32,000 nucleotides of DNA from Aeropyrum pernix K1 (lineage in GTDB: Archaea; Thermoproteota; Thermoprotei_A; Sulfolobales; Acidilobaceae): NCBI RefSeq assembly GCF_000011125.1, contig NC_000854.2, forward strand, positions 30,001 through 62,000, given 5' to 3'. The notes beneath the pieces are model-generated. The model had not been told where the DNA came from, did no database searches, and saw nothing but the letters and a program-made list of their open reading frames with translations. Made by a program: the position numbers and the translations under genes. Shown here piece after piece: positions 27,823-32,000 of the stretch. Each line of letters opens with the position of its first letter. The first letter of the stretch is position 1.

Positions 27823-28614
27823 TTAAACCCTAAACCCTCTCGATTTGAGGCACTCCCTTATAACATTATCCATTCTATCAACGGGGCCGCCGTGCCTGTG
27901 GACCCGCCACATATTGTTAACAAACTTTTCCCCCAAGCTCATATACGCCTTCACCTTATCCTCAAGATCGCCGTAAGAGTTCCAGCCAGCAAGAGCTTCT
28001 ACTGGAGCCCTCGGCGTTAAAGGCGGCAGCTCGCCTTTAGGCTTACCAACTAGCAAGCCTGCTACCGGGACGACATAACTGGGTAGGCCAAGTATATCGG
28101 CGACCTCGCACGGGTTTCCATAAGCAGCAATTATGTTGACGACGTAGCCTAGATCCTCGGCCACAGCTATAGACCAGGCGAGAGCGACACTAGCCGAGAT
28201 ATATCCTTGGAGTAGCTCCGTTAACCCGGGCTCCCTGGCCTCTAGACCAAGAAGCTTGATAGACTCAAGCACTTTCGCATAATCAACACTGAAGACAAAA
28301 AACACTGGCGCCTCTTTTATCTGCTCCTGTCCCCAGAGGGCATCGGAGAGGCGAGACTTCAGCTTACTATCCGTCACTACTGTCACATGGACAGGCTGTA
28401 TGTTCCAAGGGCTCACGTGCCGTCTGGCCGCCTCAAGAATCTTCCTGATATCCTCCTGGGGAATCGGCTCTGTAGAGAAGCTTCTAACACTTCTGTGACG
28501 ACTTATAACGGAGAAACAGCAACCCCTATCCTCCACTGAAGACCACCGGAGAAACTTGAAAGGAAAGGAAAGGAATAAAGAGGATGTCCTATCCCGTTTC
28601 ACGCTACTATTCAA
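27823..28614 (-). CDS. Nitroreductase-family FMN oxidoreductase
   Basis: RHRSVRSFSTEPIPQEDIRKILEAARRHVSPWNIQP, GYISASVALAWSIAVAEDLGY, VVPVAGLLVGKP. The start may be GTG at 28536, because the first ~26 codons look non-conserved. Confidence 0.85.
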   Translation of the reverse strand: MNSSVKRDRTSSLFLSFPFKFLRWSSVEDRGCCFSVISRHRSVRSFSTEPIPQEDIRKILEAARRHVSPWNIQPVHVTVVTDSKLKSRLSDALWGQEQIKEAPVFFVFSVDYAKVLESIKLLGLEAREPGLTELLQGYISASVALAWSIAVAEDLGYVVNIIAAYGNPCEVADILGLPSYVVPVAGLLVGKPKGELPPLTPRAPVEALAGWNSYGDLEDKVKAYMSLGEKFVNNMWRVHRHGGPVDRMDNVIRECLKSRGFRV

Positions 28615-29266
28615 TAATCCTATAGAGAGACCAGCCGATATTCTCTAAGATGGCCCTGAGGCCGGGGAAGCCGATGGTAGGTCTAGCTCTACCCTTGGCA
28701 ATAGCTTCGACTACACCTTCAGCGCTCTCGTTGTCGGAATCTACAAGTGCCGGGGCTACACCTACCATTGACGGTACGTGAGCATCACTACCGGAGACTG
28801 GTGTGTGATTCAGGTCCTCGGCCAGCCTAATAGCCATGAAGTTGAAGTGTGGGGGCGTGTAGGCATTCCAAACCTCTATAGCGTCAAATAAGCTAGCCGC
28901 CCGCCTTATAGCATCAAGAGGGATACCGTGATATCTGCTGTAGCCTGGGTGGGCTGCGATGGTCACACAACCCCTTTCGACAGCCCACTCTCTGAGCTCC
29001 TCGATAGCCCGGGGAAAATCGTCGCTCACATCGTTTGAGCACAAGACAACTACGTCGCCCCATTCACTCCTAACTTCTGCTGCAGGTATTACGGCGACGC
29101 CTCCAAGAAGTTTTGCAGCCCGCTTTGCAAGGCTAGAGCCCCTGAAAGTGTCGTGATCCGTCACAGCTATGGCAGCGAGGCCGGCCTTAGCAGCTATCTT
29201 TACAATCTCCATTGGAGTTTGGAACCCGTCGCTAACAGTTGTATGGCTATGTAGCTCAACAAGCAT
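28607..29266 (-). CDS. PHP domain metal-dependent phosphoesterase
   Basis: LVELHSHTTVSDGFQTP, AVTDHDTFRG, IAAHPGYSRYHG, SGSDAHVPSMVG. ATG at 29266 places HSHTTVSDG at the normal N-terminal position. Confidence 0.9.
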   Translation of the reverse strand: MLVELHSHTTVSDGFQTPMEIVKIAAKAGLAAIAVTDHDTFRGSSLAKRAAKLLGGVAVIPAAEVRSEWGDVVVLCSNDVSDDFPRAIEELREWAVERGCVTIAAHPGYSRYHGIPLDAIRRAASLFDAIEVWNAYTPPHFNFMAIRLAEDLNHTPVSGSDAHVPSMVGVAPALVDSDNESAEGVVEAIAKGRARPTIGFPGLRAILENIGWSLYRIIE

Positions 29267-29378
29267 CAATTTAACCACCACGATGACATAATTACTTGGA
29301 GGCAACATATACTGGCAGCACACAAAGGGCTTTATCATAGATAATCTGATACAATAACCAGGGCGCCGGTGTAGAGTA

Positions 29379-29825
29379 TTGCTAAAGCCCGGGGACAAGC
29401 TACCGCCCCTTACTGGCCGGTCGATAAACGGATCCTACATAAGGCTAACTAGCGAGCACCTACCGCCTGGGGGTGCTGTAATAGTAGTATCGACCTCGGA
29501 ATCTAGGCTTAAGCCTTTTGAAAGACTCCAGGACGAGTTTTACAGGTTGAAATCCTCTATACTTGCTATAGTTCCAGGTAGGCCACCAGCCAAGAGCAGG
29601 CTTCGAAGTCTAGGAAAGCTCACAATCATATATGATCCAGGGCTGGAGTATTTGACAATGATAGGCCTAGCCCGTAGAAGCTTTTTAAAGATTTCAAGGG
29701 TAAAAGATGCAGTTATCATTGTTGACGATAGTCTCAGAGTCAAAGCCATATTCATGGGGTCAAAATTCGAGAACCTAGCATTAAGAGCCTTGGAGGTGCT
29801 GAGGGAAAATCTAGGTAGCGGCTAA
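29379..29825 (+). CDS. Cysteine-less peroxiredoxin/AhpC-like thioredoxin-fold protein (probable non-catalytic paralogue)
   Basis: LKPGDKLPPLTGRSINGSYIRLTSEHL, IIYDPGLEYLTMIGL, DAVIIVDDSLRVKAIFMG align by eye with Prx landmarks, but there is no Cys in the translation; TTG start. Confidence 0.7.
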   Translation: MLKPGDKLPPLTGRSINGSYIRLTSEHLPPGGAVIVVSTSESRLKPFERLQDEFYRLKSSILAIVPGRPPAKSRLRSLGKLTIIYDPGLEYLTMIGLARRSFLKISRVKDAVIIVDDSLRVKAIFMGSKFENLALRALEVLRENLGSG

Positions 29826-29909
29826 ACATAGAGCCTGGGGAAGAGTACTTACTTGTTAATATAACCAGCTCGGTAGCAATATATCTCTGGAACTTAAGGT
29901 GGTGTCAGA

Positions 29910-30401
29910 GTGCCTGGCGTAGGAGAGCAGGCCCCCGATTTCGAGGGTATTGCTCATACGGGGGAGAAAATTAGGCTAAGTGATTTTAGAGGTAGGATAG
30001 TTGTGCTTTACTTTTACCCGAGGGCTATGACCCCAGGTTGCACGAGGGAAGGAGTCCGTTTTAACGAGCTGTTAGACGAGTTCGAGAAGCTTGGAGCCGT
30101 TGTTATAGGTGTTTCTACCGATAGTGTTGAGAAGAACAGAAAGTTCGCGGAGAAGCATGGGTTCAGGTTCAAGCTAGTGAGCGATGAAAAAGGGGAGATT
30201 GGGATGAAGTATGGTGTCGTCAGAGGAGAAGGCTCCAACTTAGCCGCGGAAAGAGTGACTTTTATAATAGATCGTGAAGGGAACATAAGAGCTATCCTTA
30301 GGAATATAAGGCCTGCGGAGAAGCACGCTGATCTAGCTTTAGAGGAAGTCAAGAAACTCGTTCTTGGCAAGAAGGCTGAAAGGGCAGGGGAAGTAATATA
30401 G
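29910..30401 (+). CDS. Peroxiredoxin, BCP/PrxQ family, single-cysteine form
   Basis: GEQAPDFEGIAHTGEKIRLSDFRGRIVVLYFYPRAMTPGCTREGVRFNELLDEFEKLG, GVSTDSVEKNRKFAEKH, RVTFIIDREGNI. Confidence 0.93.
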   Translation: MPGVGEQAPDFEGIAHTGEKIRLSDFRGRIVVLYFYPRAMTPGCTREGVRFNELLDEFEKLGAVVIGVSTDSVEKNRKFAEKHGFRFKLVSDEKGEIGMKYGVVRGEGSNLAAERVTFIIDREGNIRAILRNIRPAEKHADLALEEVKKLVLGKKAERAGEVI

Positions 30402-30405
30402 GTTC

Positions 30406-30720
30406 TCAGCCTTTAACAGCTTCAACAAGCTTTTTGGATAGAATGCCGGCGAGCCTCTCCACTTCAATGCGAACATTGTCGATGGAATTTTTAATCTCCT
30501 CGCTCTCGGCTATCCTTGCAGCTTCTTTAAGCCTGACTATTGTGTAGAGTAGCACCTCGTTCGCATCTAGTAGGGCTACGGCGTCTCCCGAGGGTTTTTT
30601 CAACGTAGATTCTGCCAGACACTCAAAATGAACAGCTCCCTGTCCTGGAATGAATGTAAACCTTTGACCCTCTATGATAGTGCCACCGCATATGCTGCAC
30701 TCCCATGTCTTGAGCCCCAT
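30406..30720 (-). CDS. Small zinc-ribbon protein (DUF2175-like)
   Basis: WECSICGGTIIEGQRFTFIPGQGAVHFECL (CxxC...HxxC). ATG at 30720 is preferred; the longer ORF to 30825 runs through promoter-like DNA. Confidence 0.75.
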   Translation of the reverse strand: MGLKTWECSICGGTIIEGQRFTFIPGQGAVHFECLAESTLKKPSGDAVALLDANEVLLYTIVRLKEAARIAESEEIKNSIDNVRIEVERLAGILSKKLVEAVKG

Positions 30721-30805
30721 CCAACCCACCTCACCCTTAATACCGTGAGTGAGGATTTTTAATCCGTTATGATCTGGCGACCGCCTTTCTATGTTAAACA
30801 GGGTT

Positions 30806-30824
30806 TGTTTAACGCTGTTAAACA
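30806..30824. promoter_or_regulatory. Perfect 8+3+8 inverted repeat TGTTTAAC-GCT-GTTAAACA, plus a third copy GTTAAACA at 30793-30800; candidate operator
   Basis: Read directly; abuts TATA-like ATTTAAAA (30824-30831) of the gene starting at 30867, in a divergent intergenic region. Confidence 0.6.
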
Positions 30825-30866
30825 TTTAAAATCTAGATGTAACAAATCTAAATAGGGGGGTCAAGG

Positions 30867-31838
30867 TTGTCTTCAGAGCGAGTTACACTGTTCAAGAGGA
30901 GGGTTCAGAAGCTCGGGGGCTCCAGCCTTATAATTACTCTTCCGAAGCAATGGATAAACAAGATGAACATTAATGCTGGAGACGTCCTGGTGGTTGTCGA
31001 TGAGGGAGAGTATCTCAAGATTATCCCGGAAAACTTCTCTCCTCCGGTTAGGAGCCTGAGTGTTAGCATAAATAGCCTGCCGAAGGATGACGAGGAGAAG
31101 GTTAGGTTTATCAAGTGCGCATATGGCCATGGCTACGATCGCGTTACAGTTTTTACCGAGAATACGAGGAACGGGGGTGTAGCTTTATTCAAGAACGGCG
31201 AGATATTGGATAGAATGGCTAAGGAACTTCCAATATCTAAGATTAGCGTTTCCAGCAACGCTGTTTTAATCGAGTTTTCGAGGGACAGCGACGATAGTAT
31301 AAACCCGAGCCTCAAGCTGAAACTGTATTCTGGAGCCCTGAATGCAGTGTTGGACAACATAGCCAAGGGTAGGATTGATAATGCCGAGGAAGATCTAGCT
31401 AAGCTCTACAGCCTCTCCCTAGACATCGCTAGGAGTTCTGTAAGAAAGTCTTTAGGTTTTAGCTGCGAAACGTCCAGGCTTACATATATATCTGGGTTCT
31501 TCCTGGCCTTAGCAGAGACTATTTCGCTGTTGACAGACTACCTGTCGAGCGGGAGGAGGCTTTCGAGGAAGGATATAGACCTACTGGAGGATACGAGGAG
31601 TCTCCTCCTAGAAACACTCGGCTCCCTGGCAACAGGAAGTGTTAAACGTGTGGAACATGCTAAAGAGGCTGCTGAGAAGTTGAGGGAGGTTCTCGTGAGT
31701 AATGGAGAGAATATAAGCACGCCTGTCTACAGTCTGTCAGTAAATGCTGTGTCACTAGTAAGGACCGTAGCAGAGCTTTCACTGTGCAAGCTAAAAGAAA
31801 AGGAGCAGGGGGATCTAGTCGGAATAAGGGTAAAATAG
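30867..31838 (+). CDS. AbrB/SpoVT-like DNA-binding domain fused to PhoU domain; phosphate-uptake-type regulator
   Basis: RRVQKLGGSSLIITLPKQWINKMNINAGDVLVVVDEGEYLKIIP followed by PhoU-like helices; TTG start. Confidence 0.85.
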   Translation: MSSERVTLFKRRVQKLGGSSLIITLPKQWINKMNINAGDVLVVVDEGEYLKIIPENFSPPVRSLSVSINSLPKDDEEKVRFIKCAYGHGYDRVTVFTENTRNGGVALFKNGEILDRMAKELPISKISVSSNAVLIEFSRDSDDSINPSLKLKLYSGALNAVLDNIAKGRIDNAEEDLAKLYSLSLDIARSSVRKSLGFSCETSRLTYISGFFLALAETISLLTDYLSSGRRLSRKDIDLLEDTRSLLLETLGSLATGSVKRVEHAKEAAEKLREVLVSNGENISTPVYSLSVNAVSLVRTVAELSLCKLKEKEQGDLVGIRVK

Positions 31839-32000
31839 AGGCCCTATCCTCCTCGGGTTCGCTCATCACCTACTCAGCAGCGATCAGGCCCAGGCATCGG
31901 GCCTCCAATATGTACCAGGATTTGTTCAAGCATAATCTATTTCAACTCCTCTCTATTGGATCCACAACTCAGCTCTACTTATTATTTCGACGCAAGACGA

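Noticed and set aside
1-32000. CRISPR arrays, transposases, integrases, rRNA or tRNA genes
   Set aside because: No regularly spaced repeats, no recombinase-like ORFs, and no rRNA or complete tRNA pattern were seen by eye.

Overview
This 32 kb window reads as ordinary, gene-dense archaeal chromosome. Frequent GTG/TTG starts, AT-rich TATA-like elements, System I variant haem-delivery genes, and HerA/NurA, BMP-type transporter and archaeal PhoU proteins suggest a hyperthermophilic crenarchaeon, possibly Aeropyrum-like; this placement is inference only. Content from left to right: 3' part of pstB plus a PhoU gene; a CcmE-like haem chaperone; FAH-family hydrolase; a SLC13/ArsB-like permease; an enoyl-CoA hydratase; a 1488-aa Thr-stalked surface protein; an HTH-phosphoribosyltransferase regulator next to a complete BMP/nucleoside-type ABC transporter locus (SBP, dual ATPase, two permeases); a NifX-like protein with a natural His6; a dUTPase/dCTP deaminase family protein; a sulfite-oxidase-like Moco protein; a CcmC-like protein; an orphan COG1743/DUF1156-like DNA methylase; a DMT transporter; MoaB; a SpeH/ArgDC-family proenzyme; a HerA-NurA pair; a nitroreductase; a PHP protein; a cysteine-less peroxiredoxin-like protein beside a one-Cys PrxQ; a DUF2175-like Zn-ribbon; and an AbrB-PhoU regulator. 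I found no tRNA or rRNA gene, transposon or CRISPR array. The best leads are non-coding: a GC-rich 16-bp-stem structure upstream of ccmC (19154-19264), a 14-bp hairpin upstream of the dUTPase-like gene (16555-16591), and two operator-like palindromes (11126-11146 and 30806-30824) next to genes for ligand-type regulators. No clearly new multi-gene defence or biosynthetic system is demonstrable from this sequence alone.
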